Source of the DNA: Bellilinea caldifistulae
Lineage (GTDB): Bacteria; Chloroflexota; Anaerolineae; Anaerolineales; Anaerolineaceae
Reading direction: 5' to 3'
Assembly: GCF_001306055.1 (NCBI RefSeq)
Contig: NZ_LGHJ01000002.1
Coordinates: forward strand, 20,754-52,753
Length of the DNA stretch: 32,000 nucleotides
Part shown: positions 20,892-30,295 of the stretch, piece after piece
Position numbering within the stretch: position 1 is the first letter of the stretch
How the letters are laid out: the number at the start of each line of letters is the position of its first letter
Position numbers and translations under genes: made by a program
Notes under the pieces: generated by a model
The model's database searches: none
What the model was told of the DNA's origin: nothing
Seen by the model: only the letters and a program-made list of their open reading frames with translations

Positions 20892-22370
20892 ATGAATGCT
20901 CCCCGCCCTTCCCCTGTTCAGTACCTGCTGCCGCGACTGAACGAAATGTTGTTTGCCGCTCTGTTGTTCGGGCTGATGAGGATTGCCCCGCGACTGTTGA
21001 ATCAGGACGGCGATACCGGCCGACATCTGGCGGTCGGTCGCACCATCCTTGCCACCCATCAGATTCCGCGGGTGGATATTTTTTCCCACACCATGAGCGG
21101 ACAGCCGCTTTCTCCGCATGAATGGCTGGCGCAGGTTGTCTTTGCCCTGGCTGAGCGAGCCTTTGGGCTGAGTGGGGTGACCCTGGTGACGGTGCTGATA
21201 CTGGCGGCGGCTTTGACACTGGTCTACGGTGAGGCGCGCCGCCGCAGCCGTACGCCCATCCTTGCCCTGGGCATCACGCTGTTGGGCCTGGCAGCCGCCA
21301 GTGTCCACTTTCTCGCCCGTCCGCATGGTTTCACCCTTTTGTTCGCCGTCATCTGGCTGGTGTTGCTGGAACGAATGCGTGAAGGCGTCCGGCTTTCCCC
21401 GCTGTGGCTGGGGCTGGTGATGCTGGTGTGGGCCAACACCCACGGCGCGTTCATCGCCGGTTTTGTGATTTCGGCCGCCTTTCTGGCAGAGGCTTTGTGG
21501 GTGGATGCCCGCCAAAAGCCCTTTCGGCTTTCCGCCCTCAGCCGCACCTTGCTGATGGGCGGCGGGGCGGCGCTGGCCGCTTCGCTGCTCAATCCGGTCG
21601 GGTGGGGGGTCTGGAAAACCGCTTTTGAATTTTTGAGCAACCGCTACCTGGTCGGGCATACCCAGGAATACCTTCCGCCCAACTTTCAGCAGGCGGCTTT
21701 CTACCCGTTTCTGGCGCTGATCGGCCTTTCGGTCTGGCTGGTGGGCAGCCGGCTGACCAGCCTGCCCCTCTCCCAACGTCTGCTGCTGGCCGGCTGGACG
21801 CTGATGGGGCTGTTCAGCGCCCGTAACATTCCGCTGTATGCAGTGGTTGCCGTGCCGATTCTCTCCGAAGCGCTGGCGCAGGAAGTCCGCGGGCGACGCT
21901 GGGAGAAAATTGAAACGTCCATAGCGGCGCTGGAAGATCAACTGCGCGGGGTGGTCTGGATGCCGTTGAGCGTCACGGTTTTGATACTCGCGGTCCTGTT
22001 TGTCCCGGCCGTGCGCGAGGCCAGTCGGTTTGACCCGCAAATCTTTCCGGTGGCGGCGGTGGACTGGATCGAAGAGCATCCTCAAAGCGGGCGTATGTTC
22101 AATTATTTTCCGTGGGGCGGTTATCTGCTTTACCGTCTCTACCCGGATTACCGCGTCTTTATTGACGGGCAGACCGATTTTTACGGCGAAGCCCTGACCC
22201 GCGAGTACGAGACAGTCCTCACGCTTGCGGCGGGCTGGGAGGATGTGCTGGTGCGCTATGATGTGGCGTGGGCGATTGTCCCCGCCGCTGAACCGCTGCG
22301 GAGTGTCCTGCAAACCGCCGGCTGGCAGGAAGTCTATGCCGATTCAACTGCCGTCATCCTGCGGCGATGA
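20892..22370 (+). CDS. Large polytopic membrane protein, possibly a GT-C-type glycosyltransferase
   Basis: 492 aa with at least 10 hydrophobic helices and a C-terminal soluble domain of about 130 aa. The early loop DGDTGRHLAVGRTILATHQIPRVDIFSHT...HEWLAQ resembles lipid-linked sugar transferases. The functional call is tentative. The antisense ORF 20877..22313 is rejected. Confidence 0.7.
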   Translation: MNAPRPSPVQYLLPRLNEMLFAALLFGLMRIAPRLLNQDGDTGRHLAVGRTILATHQIPRVDIFSHTMSGQPLSPHEWLAQVVFALAERAFGLSGVTLVTVLILAAALTLVYGEARRRSRTPILALGITLLGLAAASVHFLARPHGFTLLFAVIWLVLLERMREGVRLSPLWLGLVMLVWANTHGAFIAGFVISAAFLAEALWVDARQKPFRLSALSRTLLMGGGAALAASLLNPVGWGVWKTAFEFLSNRYLVGHTQEYLPPNFQQAAFYPFLALIGLSVWLVGSRLTSLPLSQRLLLAGWTLMGLFSARNIPLYAVVAVPILSEALAQEVRGRRWEKIETSIAALEDQLRGVVWMPLSVTVLILAVLFVPAVREASRFDPQIFPVAAVDWIEEHPQSGRMFNYFPWGGYLLYRLYPDYRVFIDGQTDFYGEALTREYETVLTLAAGWEDVLVRYDVAWAIVPAAEPLRSVLQTAGWQEVYADSTAVILRR

Positions 22371-22374
22371 GGGG

Positions 22375-23427
22375 TCACTCGGCCAGTAGATAAGCCAGTA
22401 TCCAGCGGGTAGTGGCCAGCAGGGCATCCAGATGGGTGCGCTCGTAGTGGTGGGAGGCATCCACCCCCGGGCCGATCAGTGCCACCCGCAAATCCGCTCC
22501 GCTGCGCAGCAGTGCGCCGCCGTCCGAGCCGTAGTAGGGGTAAATGTCCACCTTGTAGGCAATCTGGTGCTGTTCGGCCAGCTGGCGCAGGCGGGTGCTG
22601 AGGGCGTGGTCGTACGGCCCGCCGGAGTCTTTGACGCACAAAGTGGCATGAAATTCATCGGAGGTTTGCCCTTCGCCGATGGCGGCCATATCCACTACCA
22701 CCAGTTCGCCGACTTCGGCAGGAAAGCCGGTGGACGCGCCGTGTCCGACTTCTTCGTAATTGCTGATCAGGGCGTAGGTGGTTTGCTTTGGGCGCAGGCC
22801 GGCACGCTTTAAGGCTTGAAAAGCCGCCACGATGCACGCCACACAGGCTTTATCATCCAGAAAACGCGAGCGGATGAAACCGTTTTGTACCTCCACGCGT
22901 GGGTCAAAGGTGACAAAGTCACCAACCTGAATGCCCAGCCCACGGGTTTCTTCCGCGCTGGTGGTGCGGGCATCCAGCCGCACCTCCATGCTGGATTCAT
23001 CGCGCGGGGTTGTTGAGACTTTCTCGCCGTACACATGCACCGAGGCTTTTTCCGGTAGGACACTGCCGCGGTAAGCCTTGCCGTCCACGGTAAACACGGT
23101 GCAGCCCTCAGCCTCGATGGCGTTCCACGGAATACCGCCGATACGCGTCAGGCGCAGGCGTCCGTTGGATTTGATTTCCTTTACCATGCCGCCCAGCGTG
23201 TCGACGTGAGCGGTCAGGGCGCGCGGTTGAAGAGCCTGTTCGCCGGGGAAGACCGCCAGCAGCGCGCCTTTGCGGGTGCGCAGGTAACTCACCTCCGGTA
23301 TGGATTGCAGGGCGGCAGCGGTGTAGAGAATTGCCGATTCGGTAAAACCGGAGGGACTGGGGGTATTCAGCAGGCCGGTCAAAAAGTCAACCAGCTCCTG
23401 TGGGTTGATTTCGGGCAGTGGGTTCAT
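22375..23427 (-). CDS. M42-family metallopeptidase (glutamyl aminopeptidase/FrvX-like)
   Basis: 350 aa. Supporting motifs are LLNTPSPSGFTESA, HVDTLGGMVKEI, FLDDKACVA, NYEEVGHGAS and the C-terminal GPGVDASHHYERTH. Confidence 0.88.
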   Translation of the reverse strand: MNPLPEINPQELVDFLTGLLNTPSPSGFTESAILYTAAALQSIPEVSYLRTRKGALLAVFPGEQALQPRALTAHVDTLGGMVKEIKSNGRLRLTRIGGIPWNAIEAEGCTVFTVDGKAYRGSVLPEKASVHVYGEKVSTTPRDESSMEVRLDARTTSAEETRGLGIQVGDFVTFDPRVEVQNGFIRSRFLDDKACVACIVAAFQALKRAGLRPKQTTYALISNYEEVGHGASTGFPAEVGELVVVDMAAIGEGQTSDEFHATLCVKDSGGPYDHALSTRLRQLAEQHQIAYKVDIYPYYGSDGGALLRSGADLRVALIGPGVDASHHYERTHLDALLATTRWILAYLLAE

Positions 23428-23452
23428 AGGCGATCCTTTTTCCTAAATTTGT

Positions 23453-23890
23453 TCAGGTAGACGCCGGGCCGGGCGGGATGCCCTCGAAGGCGGCAATTTT
23501 TTCGCGCCAGTGGTCGGGGATCGGAATACTGCGGTTCTGGTGATAGTCAAAGGTGACCATGACGATTTCGGCAGTGGCTTTGACTTCGCCGGTTTGCTGG
23601 TTTTCGATCAGGTACTCGGTTTGAAAGCTTTTGCCGCCCAGCCGGGTGACCCGCATGCCCACCCGAACCGGCTCATTCAATTGAATTGGAGCGCGGTAGG
23701 CAATGTGGACATCGGCAACGATCATGCCGAGGTTGAAAAAGTCCTTGCCATCAAACAGGCCGAGGTTCTGGACATACGCCAGCCGGGTCTGTTCCAAAAA
23801 GACCAGAAAACGAGCGTTATTGACGTGCCATTGCGGGTCGAGATCGCCGTAACGAACGGTAATGGGATAGTGGAATTTAAAGTTGGACAT
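23453..23890 (-). CDS. Acyl-CoA thioesterase, 4HBT (YbgC/FadM-like) hotdog fold
   Basis: 145 aa. FKFHYPITVRYGDLDPQWHVNNARFLVFLEQTRLAY is the typical N-terminal catalytic Asp motif region. Confidence 0.85.
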   Translation of the reverse strand: MSNFKFHYPITVRYGDLDPQWHVNNARFLVFLEQTRLAYVQNLGLFDGKDFFNLGMIVADVHIAYRAPIQLNEPVRVGMRVTRLGGKSFQTEYLIENQQTGEVKATAEIVMVTFDYHQNRSIPIPDHWREKIAAFEGIPPGPAST

Positions 23891-24024
23891 GCGTCAATTT
23901 TACCGGAATTGTATAAAAATTGTCCAGCAAGCGCAGAATGTCAACTGGAATGGTGACCTCTGTCACTTGCACCATCACAAGCTTTCTCATAAACTGAACA
24001 TATAACCAGAGTATTCCTACCCAA

Positions 24025-24052
24025 ATTGAAGATTGTAAATTGAGGATTGAAC
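24025..24052 (+). repeat. Four tandem heptads ATTGAAG ATTGTAA ATTGAGG ATTGAAC overlapping the Rrf2 gene SD
   Basis: Read directly from the sequence. The GAGGA of the third heptad is the only SD-like element before ATG 24056. Confidence 0.7.
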
Positions 24053-24055
24053 GCC

Positions 24056-24463
24056 ATGCAAATCACACGTCAGGCCGATTATGCCCTGCGGGCAATGTAC
24101 TACCTGGCAAAACTGGAACCCAATCAGCGTGCTGCAACCAGCCAGATTGCCGAGGAGCAGAGAATTCCCCCTTCTTTCCTGGCAAAGATCATTTCGCAGC
24201 TTTCGATTGCCGGCTTGATTCACACCTCGCGCGGCGCCCACGGGGGTGTGACCCTGGCACGCCCGGCTGAAGAGATCACCATTCTGGAAGTGGTGGAAGC
24301 CATTGACGGGCCGATTGCGTTGAACGAGTGCACCTACTCCAAGGATGCCTGCCCCTTCGGTGAAGACTGCCCGATTCGACCGCTGTGGTGCGAAGCGCAG
24401 GATCAACTGGTGGAAAAACTGCGCACGACCACTTTTGGGGCGTTCGTCAAAGCCGCTGCCTGA
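24056..24463 (+). CDS. Rrf2-family transcriptional regulator (IscR/NsrR-like, Cys-containing)
   Basis: ORF 24047..24463 trimmed to ATG 24056. The product starts MQITRQADYALRAMYYLAKL. The HTH is IAEEQRIPPSFLAKIISQLSIAGLI. A cysteine cluster CTYSKDACPFGEDCPIRPLWC is compatible with Fe-S ligation. Confidence 0.9.
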   Translation: MQITRQADYALRAMYYLAKLEPNQRAATSQIAEEQRIPPSFLAKIISQLSIAGLIHTSRGAHGGVTLARPAEEITILEVVEAIDGPIALNECTYSKDACPFGEDCPIRPLWCEAQDQLVEKLRTTTFGAFVKAAA

Positions 24464-24489
24464 GAGAGATTGGCGGGGAGAACGCAGCA

Positions 24490-24747
24490 ATGCCGGAGGG
24501 GTTCACCCTCAATCGGGGCTGGGTGCTGGTGTTGAAGGACGGCCGCGTGGTGGTGGATTGGGGAGAAAACGTCTTTCAAGACCTTGCCAGCGGCCAGTTT
24601 ATCGAATCGGTTGATCTGATTGGCAGCCACACCATACGGGACGAGGAGCTGGCCTGGTTGAAGCGCACCGGTCAGGTGCTGGATTATGACGCCGGTCAGG
24701 TGTTTCTGGGCAGCCTGCCCGAACGGCGGCGCAAGCCGTTGGATTAA
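24490..24747 (+). CDS. Hypothetical small protein (85 aa)
   Basis: ORF 24385..24747 trimmed to ATG 24490, with GGGGAG 10 nt upstream and 26 nt after the Rrf2 stop. The product is MPEGFTLNRGWVLVLKDGRVVVDWGENVFQDL... No family was recognised. Confidence 0.55.
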   Translation: MPEGFTLNRGWVLVLKDGRVVVDWGENVFQDLASGQFIESVDLIGSHTIRDEELAWLKRTGQVLDYDAGQVFLGSLPERRRKPLD

Positions 24748-24762
24748 AACACACCAGCCGGT

Positions 24763-25587
24763 TCATCCCCTGCCGCGCAGGGTTTGTTCCAGTTCGTCCA
24801 GCGGCAGGCGCGAAGTCATATCCAGGCTGAGCGGGGTAACCGCCACCTGCTTTTTGATTCGCAGGGTGTACACATCGCTGTCCGGCTCAACTTCACCCGG
24901 CTCGACCCGGATGATGAAGTTCACATCAGCCGGGCTTTCCAACCCGTCTTTGCGCCTGGAGATGGGAAAGAAGTACCGCTGACGGCTCTGGCGGGTGACC
25001 TGCCAGGGGGTTTGGGGGGTTGCCGAAGCAGGGACTTCGACTTTCAGCACATCCACATCCGGTTGAGGGGGCAGGTTGAGCAATCGTTCGGCAAAGTAGG
25101 CGGTAAAGTAAGCCGCGCTGGAAAAATCCACCTCGCGCGAGTGAGTGTAATACTCGCCACTGGGCAGTTCAAGCGAGACGGCCAGCGCCGGAATGCCAAA
25201 ACTGGCGGCTTCGAAGGCTGCCCCCAGCGTGCCGGAAACGGTGATGCCGCTGCCCACATTTTCTCCGTAATTGATGCCGGAAACCACCAGATCGGGTTTA
25301 TGCGGCATCAGGTCGAGGATGGCAAACATCACCGTTTGGGCGGGCGAACCGCCAATGGCGTAGGCCGTCCATATCTGGCGGCCGATTTGAAGAGAGCGCG
25401 GAGTGATGATACCGTCGGCTTGCAGGGGGTGACTGCGTCCGGCGCCGCTGTACTGGTCGCGCGGAGCCGCCACGGTTACAAAGCCCAGCCGTGCCAGCGC
25501 CTCGGCAGCTGCCCACAGGCCGGGTGACTCGATCCCGTCGTCATTGGTCAGGAGGATTTGTTTGCGTGTACTGCTCATGAGCAGCAT
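24763..25587 (-). CDS. surE: 5'/3'-nucleotidase SurE
   Basis: ILLTNDDGIESPGL at the N-terminus, SGINYGENVG, and a fitting length. The true start may be ATG 25578 (MSSTRKQ). Confidence 0.92.
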   Translation of the reverse strand: MLLMSSTRKQILLTNDDGIESPGLWAAAEALARLGFVTVAAPRDQYSGAGRSHPLQADGIITPRSLQIGRQIWTAYAIGGSPAQTVMFAILDLMPHKPDLVVSGINYGENVGSGITVSGTLGAAFEAASFGIPALAVSLELPSGEYYTHSREVDFSSAAYFTAYFAERLLNLPPQPDVDVLKVEVPASATPQTPWQVTRQSRQRYFFPISRRKDGLESPADVNFIIRVEPGEVEPDSDVYTLRIKKQVAVTPLSLDMTSRLPLDELEQTLRGRG

Positions 25588-25616
25588 TGTACTATAAGAT
25601 GCCCGCCAGAAACAGA

Positions 25617-25696
25617 GAACCGCCCTTGCGGGCGGTTTCTGCCTTTCTTTGGCTGCGGCAACCTTTATCGGGAACCGAGGAGGGATGCCGCAGCCA
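25617..25696. other. Two strong hairpins in the 387-bp surE/histidine-kinase intergenic region
   Basis: GAACCGCCC-TTGC-GGGCGGTTT (25617-25638) is followed by TCTGCCTTTCTTT. An 11-bp perfect stem pairs TGGCTGCGGCA (25650-25660) with TGCCGCAGCCA (25686-25696), with a 25-nt loop containing GAGGAGGGA. Confidence 0.55.
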
Positions 25697-25939
25697 TACG
25701 CTTACTACTACTATCTGCCATTGTCAGCATCACCTCCTCTTCGTTAGGATGGCGATTGTTGAGGTGGTGCAAGCCACCGTGAATGTGATTTGAGTATGGC
25801 ATAAACCGCTGTAAAAGTCAAGGATGATGCTGGCTTTGTAAAATGGTTGAAAGGCGGATTTCCGCCGATGAGCAGATAGGGTGTTTCATGGTTGGTGTGA
25901 AAACTTCCTCCTGCCAGATCAACACCCTCCGCCGATGTC

Positions 25940-25968
25940 TTGCACCGGCCTGCCTGCCTTGCTACAAT
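25940..25968 (+). promoter_or_regulatory. Sigma70-type promoter placing the transcription start at or next to the kinase ATG (leaderless candidate)
   Basis: TTGCAC (25940-25945), a 17-nt spacer, then TACAAT (25963-25968). ATG 25975 lies 6 nt after the -10 and has no SD. Confidence 0.5.
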
Positions 25969-25974
25969 ACAAGC

Positions 25975-28209
25975 ATGACCCAAACCATCCAGCGTTTACG
26001 CCTTCCGCTGGCGGTCTGCCTGCTATTAGCCCTGTACGCCGGCTGGCTATTGTGGGGTTCCACCGACCCGTGGGAGCGCTACTGGCTGGGCAATCTTTCC
26101 ATTCTCATTGGCGGGGCAACAGCAGCCGCAACGGCCGGCTGGTTGAGCACGGTTGTTCAAAGTGAGGCGCGTCAGGGCTTCCGTTTTTTGGGGCTGGGTT
26201 TGGGCATCTGGGCGCTCAACGATCTGCTACGCATGATCGTGCTGGCGGTCGTGCCGGGTTTTTTGTCGCGCCCAAATGTGTGCGATGTGCTCTACCTGCC
26301 CGGAGCGCTGCTGGTGGCAACCGGTTTGGTGCGGTTTCCGCGACCGCTACCTTCTTCCGGCAGCCGGCTGCGGCGCTGGCTGGATGTGACCCTGACCTCG
26401 CTGGCCTCACTGACGCTGATGTATTTGCTGGCAGTTCAACCGCGGCTCAACGCTCCGCCGGCTGGCGGCAACCCGCTGGGCATCCTTTATCCGCTGGCCG
26501 ATCTGGCTTTATTGCTGCTGGTGGTCAATCTGCTGTTGATCAGCGATGCGCGCCGTCCTTCCCTGCCGTTTGGCTGGCTGACGGCAGCGCTGGTGGTTTT
26601 TGCGCTGACCGACTTGCTGTATGCCACAGCTCTCTTTTCAGGAAATTACCAGATTGGCGCAGCCACGGATTTAGGCTGGGCGGTGGGGGATGCGCTCTGG
26701 CTGGCGGTGCTGCTGCGAACGCCTTTCGCGATTCGGGTGCTCAATCCGACTGAGGTGCGCCCTCAACCCGGCGGAGGGTGGCTGCAAGGCGGGCTGGTGC
26801 GCCTGCAAAGTCTGCTGCCAATTCTGGCGGTGCTGGTGCTGGGCTGGTTTGCCCTGCTGGACTGGCAATTGACCGATCAGTTCAATCAACCGGTATTGGG
26901 AGTGACCGTTTTGCTGGTGCTGGGTCTGATTGCCCGTCAGGGGCTGGTGACGGGTGAGGTTGAATTTGAGCAGTACGCCGGGCTGGTGAAGAGCGTTGCC
27001 GAGCCGGCTTTTATTTGCGATGAAAACGGCCGGTTGACGCTGGTCAACCCGGCTCTGGCAATCGCAACCGGTTACAGCGAGGCAGACCTCACCAGTCGCA
27101 CACTGGCGGATCTGCTGCCTGAACCGCCGGGGGCTTATTCGTGGCTGGATCTGGCCAAAATTGAACAAGAGGGCGAGGGACGCGGCTGGTCGGGTGAAAC
27201 GGTGCTGCTGCGCAGCAGCGGCGAACGCCTGCCGGTGTTCCTTTCTCTGCGGCCGGTGCTTTCTTCCAGCGCCAAACGTCTGACGATTGCCGGAACGGCG
27301 CATGACCTCAGCCTGCAAAAGCGCCAGCAAGCCGCTCTGCAAGCGGCTTACGAGCGCATAGCCGCTGACCGCGCCGAGCTGGAACGGCTCAACCGCGAAC
27401 TGGAACGACGCGTTGCCGAAAAAACCGCCGATCTCAGTCAGGCCTACCAGCAGTTAGAGGCGCAAAACCGCATGCTTCGCGAACTGGATCGCCTTAAATC
27501 CGACTTTGTTTCGCTGGTTTCCCACGAATTACGCGCCCCGCTGACCAATATCAAAAGCGGAATCGAGCTATTGATGTACGGCACCCGTCCGCTCTCCGGG
27601 CGCAGCAGCCAGATCCTGACCCTTGTGCAAGCCGAAATCGAACGTCTGACCCATTTTGTCGAGACGATTCTTGACCTTTCGGCGCTGGATGCCGGTAAAC
27701 TGCCGCTTTACCCGGCTCCCCTGCCGGTCAGCCGGATTTACACTGCCCTGCAAAACCAGATTGCCCACCTGCCAGATGCCAGTCGGGTGCGCTGGTCACT
27801 CCCGGAGGATTGCCCGGCGGTGCTGGCTGATGAACAGGCCCTCACCAGTGTCCTGTTTCACCTGCTGGATAACGCCTTCAAGTACGCCCCGCAGGGTGAG
27901 ATCGAAGTATCCGCCGGTGCGGAAAACGGGCGGTTGTGGCTGCGGGTACGCGATCACGGCAGCGGGCTGCCGGCGGATGCGCTGCCGCACCTCTTCGAGC
28001 AATTTTATCGGCACGATAGTCAGGATAACCGCGCCATTTATGGCCACGGGCTGGGATTGTACATCGTGCGCCGGTTGGTTGAAGCCATGCAGGGCGAGGT
28101 GCGTGCCGAAAATCACCCGCAGGGGGGAGCCTGCTTTACCTGCTGGTTGCCGCTGGTGGAAATGAACGAGTCGGAAGGATCACTGCAAGAGGAGGGGAGC
28201 GAAACATGA
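25975..28209 (+). CDS. Sensor histidine kinase (multi-TM N-terminal domain, PAS, HisKA, HATPase_c)
   Basis: ORF 25843..28209 trimmed to ATG 25975. There are about 9 hydrophobic helices, a PAS-like region (FICDENGRLTLVNPALAIATGY), a coiled coil and the H-box FVSLVSHELRAPLTNI. N and G boxes are also present (LLDNAFKYAP, DHGSGLP, GHGLGLYIV). Confidence 0.92.
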   Translation: MTQTIQRLRLPLAVCLLLALYAGWLLWGSTDPWERYWLGNLSILIGGATAAATAGWLSTVVQSEARQGFRFLGLGLGIWALNDLLRMIVLAVVPGFLSRPNVCDVLYLPGALLVATGLVRFPRPLPSSGSRLRRWLDVTLTSLASLTLMYLLAVQPRLNAPPAGGNPLGILYPLADLALLLLVVNLLLISDARRPSLPFGWLTAALVVFALTDLLYATALFSGNYQIGAATDLGWAVGDALWLAVLLRTPFAIRVLNPTEVRPQPGGGWLQGGLVRLQSLLPILAVLVLGWFALLDWQLTDQFNQPVLGVTVLLVLGLIARQGLVTGEVEFEQYAGLVKSVAEPAFICDENGRLTLVNPALAIATGYSEADLTSRTLADLLPEPPGAYSWLDLAKIEQEGEGRGWSGETVLLRSSGERLPVFLSLRPVLSSSAKRLTIAGTAHDLSLQKRQQAALQAAYERIAADRAELERLNRELERRVAEKTADLSQAYQQLEAQNRMLRELDRLKSDFVSLVSHELRAPLTNIKSGIELLMYGTRPLSGRSSQILTLVQAEIERLTHFVETILDLSALDAGKLPLYPAPLPVSRIYTALQNQIAHLPDASRVRWSLPEDCPAVLADEQALTSVLFHLLDNAFKYAPQGEIEVSAGAENGRLWLRVRDHGSGLPADALPHLFEQFYRHDSQDNRAIYGHGLGLYIVRRLVEAMQGEVRAENHPQGGACFTCWLPLVEMNESEGSLQEEGSET

Positions 28210-28889
28210 CCAAGATTCTGGTGGTAGATGATGATCCGACCCTGCTGCGTTTTTTGCAGGACTTCTTGCGCGAAGAAAAATACAGCGTGATTGCCGCCCC
28301 AAACGGCAACGAGGCTTTACGGCTTGCCTACCGCGAACATCCCGACCTGGTGGTGCTGGATGTGATGATGCCCGGCATGGATGGCTGGGAAGTCACCGCC
28401 CGTCTGCGGGAAATGTCGGACGTTCCCATCATCCTGCTTACCGCCAAAAGTTCCGAAGCCGACAAACTGCGCGGTTTTGGGCTGGGGGTGGATGATTACC
28501 TGACCAAGCCGTTCAGTTTTGCGGAATTGAACGCCCGCATCCAGGCCGTCTTAAACCGCGCCCGTCACAAACCGTTCTCGGAGAGAAATCTGCTGCAAAT
28601 TGGCGATCTGGAAGTGGATTTAGACCGGCGTGAACTGCGGCGTGGCGGCCAGCCGGTGGCGCTCACCCCAACCGAGTTTCGGCTAATGGAGGTGCTGGCG
28701 CGCAACGCCGGCAAAGCGGTTGCCGAGACCGAGCTGGTGCGTGAGGTGTGGGGGGCTTACCGGCAGGAAAACACCACCACCGTGCGCCGTTACATCTTCC
28801 TGCTGCGTAAAAAAATCGAACCCCAGCCGGATGAACCGCGCTACATCCTCACCGTGCGCGGTTACGGCTATCGTTTGGAAGGGGGATAG
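28206..28889 (+). CDS. OmpR/PhoB-family response regulator
   Basis: ATGA overlap with the kinase stop. The receiver domain has ILVVDDDP...DVMMPGMDG...LLTAKS...DDYLTKPF. The winged-helix output domain has LTPTEFRLMEVLARNAGKAV...ILTVRGYGYRL. Confidence 0.93.
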   Translation: MTKILVVDDDPTLLRFLQDFLREEKYSVIAAPNGNEALRLAYREHPDLVVLDVMMPGMDGWEVTARLREMSDVPIILLTAKSSEADKLRGFGLGVDDYLTKPFSFAELNARIQAVLNRARHKPFSERNLLQIGDLEVDLDRRELRRGGQPVALTPTEFRLMEVLARNAGKAVAETELVREVWGAYRQENTTTVRRYIFLLRKKIEPQPDEPRYILTVRGYGYRLEGG

Positions 28890-28954
28890 GTTTGGGGGAC
28901 AGGGTTCTTATCAATGAACCGGCTGGTGAGAGCCGGACAGGATGGAGGTGATCT

Positions 28955-29722
28955 TTGGATATTCGTGCCTATAACCGCGATGCCTGGAACCGTCAGGTTG
29001 TCCGTCAGAATCCGTGGACGCTGCCGGTGAGCCACGAGGAAGTGATGGCTGCCCGGCAGGGTGACCTGCGCATTTTGCTCACACCCACCCGCTTCGTGCC
29101 GCTGGATTGGTTTCCACCGCTGGCAGGAGCCGAGGTGCTGTGCCTGGCATCAGGCGGCGGGCAGCAGGGGCCGCTGCTGGCTGCCTGCGGGGCCAGGGTG
29201 ACGGTATTCGATAACTCGCCGGCACAACTGGCTCAGGACCAACAGGTTGCCGAACGGGAGGGGCTGAACCTGACGCTGGTTGAAGGGGACATGCGCGATC
29301 TCTCGGTTTTCGCCGATGCGGCGTTCGACCTGATTGTCCACCCGGTTTCCAATGTCTTTGTGCCGGATGTGCTGCCGGTCTGGCGGGAGGCCAGCCGCGT
29401 GCTGCGCCGGGGCGGGGTGCTGCTGGCCGGTTTCAACAACCCGGTGCTGTATTTGTTCGATTTTGACGAACTCGACCAGGGCCGGCTGGTGGTCAAGAAC
29501 AAACTGCCTTACGCCGACCTGACGCATCTTTCGCCCGAAAAATTGCAGCAATTCATGGACGAAGGGCTGCCGCTGGAATGGAGTCATTCCCTGGAGGAGC
29601 AAATCGGCGGTCAACTGGCGGCCGGCCTGGTGCTGACCGGCTTTTACGAAGATGTAGACCCCACCAGCGTGCTGGGCGAATACATTCCCTCCTACATTGC
29701 TACGCGGGCGGTTAAATCATGA
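28955..29722 (+). CDS. Class I SAM-dependent methyltransferase
   Basis: 255 aa. TTG start with GGAGGTG upstream. Motif I is [28 protein letters not shown], post-I is EGDMRDLS and motif III is [11 protein letters not shown]. Confidence 0.85.
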   Translation: MDIRAYNRDAWNRQVVRQNPWTLPVSHEEVMAARQGDLRILLTPTRFVPLDWFPPLAGAEVLCLASGGGQQGPLLAACGARVTVFDNSPAQLAQDQQVAEREGLNLTLVEGDMRDLSVFADAAFDLIVHPVSNVFVPDVLPVWREASRVLRRGGVLLAGFNNPVLYLFDFDELDQGRLVVKNKLPYADLTHLSPEKLQQFMDEGLPLEWSHSLEEQIGGQLAAGLVLTGFYEDVDPTSVLGEYIPSYIATRAVKS

Positions 29723-30291
29723 ACGGGCTGGAAAGCGGTTTGCCCCTCCGCGTGATTGTGGCTTCGCACAATCCGGTCAAAATGGAAGCCGTGCGCAGTG
29801 GCTTCCAGCGCATGTTTCCACCATCCGAGATTGAAGTGCAGGCGGTCAATGTCCCCAGCGGGGTCAGTCCTCAACCGATGAGCGACGCGGAAACCCTGCA
29901 AGGCGCGCTCAACCGCGCCCGGTCTGCGAAGCAGGCCGTGCCGCAAGCCGACTTTTGGGCGGGGATTGAAGGCGGTATTGAACAGTACAAGGGGACGCTG
30001 AGTGCCTTTGCATGGGTGGTGATTCTTTCAGCCGACCGCTGCGGTAAAGCCCGCAGCGCCACTTTCGACCTGCCGCCGGCCCTGGCGGAGATGATCCGGC
30101 AGGGGGTGGAGCTGGGCGAGGCGGATGACCGACTGTTCGGCCGACAGAACTCCAAGCAACAAAACGGCGCGGTCGGCCTGCTGACCGGGGATGTGATTGA
30201 CCGCGCCCGCTACTACGAACAGGCAGTCGTTTTGGCTTTAATTCCGTTCAAAAACCCGCACCTCTATCCGCCCGGCGGGGAATGGGGTTAA
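29719..30291 (+). CDS. yjjX: Inosine/xanthosine triphosphatase (YjjX/DUF84 family NTPase)
   Basis: ATGA overlap with the upstream gene. The N-terminal region is [23 protein letters not shown]...[25 protein letters not shown]. The length of about 190 aa fits. Confidence 0.85.
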   Translation: MNGLESGLPLRVIVASHNPVKMEAVRSGFQRMFPPSEIEVQAVNVPSGVSPQPMSDAETLQGALNRARSAKQAVPQADFWAGIEGGIEQYKGTLSAFAWVVILSADRCGKARSATFDLPPALAEMIRQGVELGEADDRLFGRQNSKQQNGAVGLLTGDVIDRARYYEQAVVLALIPFKNPHLYPPGGEWG

Positions 30292-30295
30292 TCAT

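Noticed and set aside
20877-22313. 478-aa minus strand ORF
   Set aside because: It is antisense to the 492-aa polytopic membrane protein gene. It is extremely Arg/Gln/His/Pro-rich with no hydrophobic core or motif, so it is a shadow ORF.
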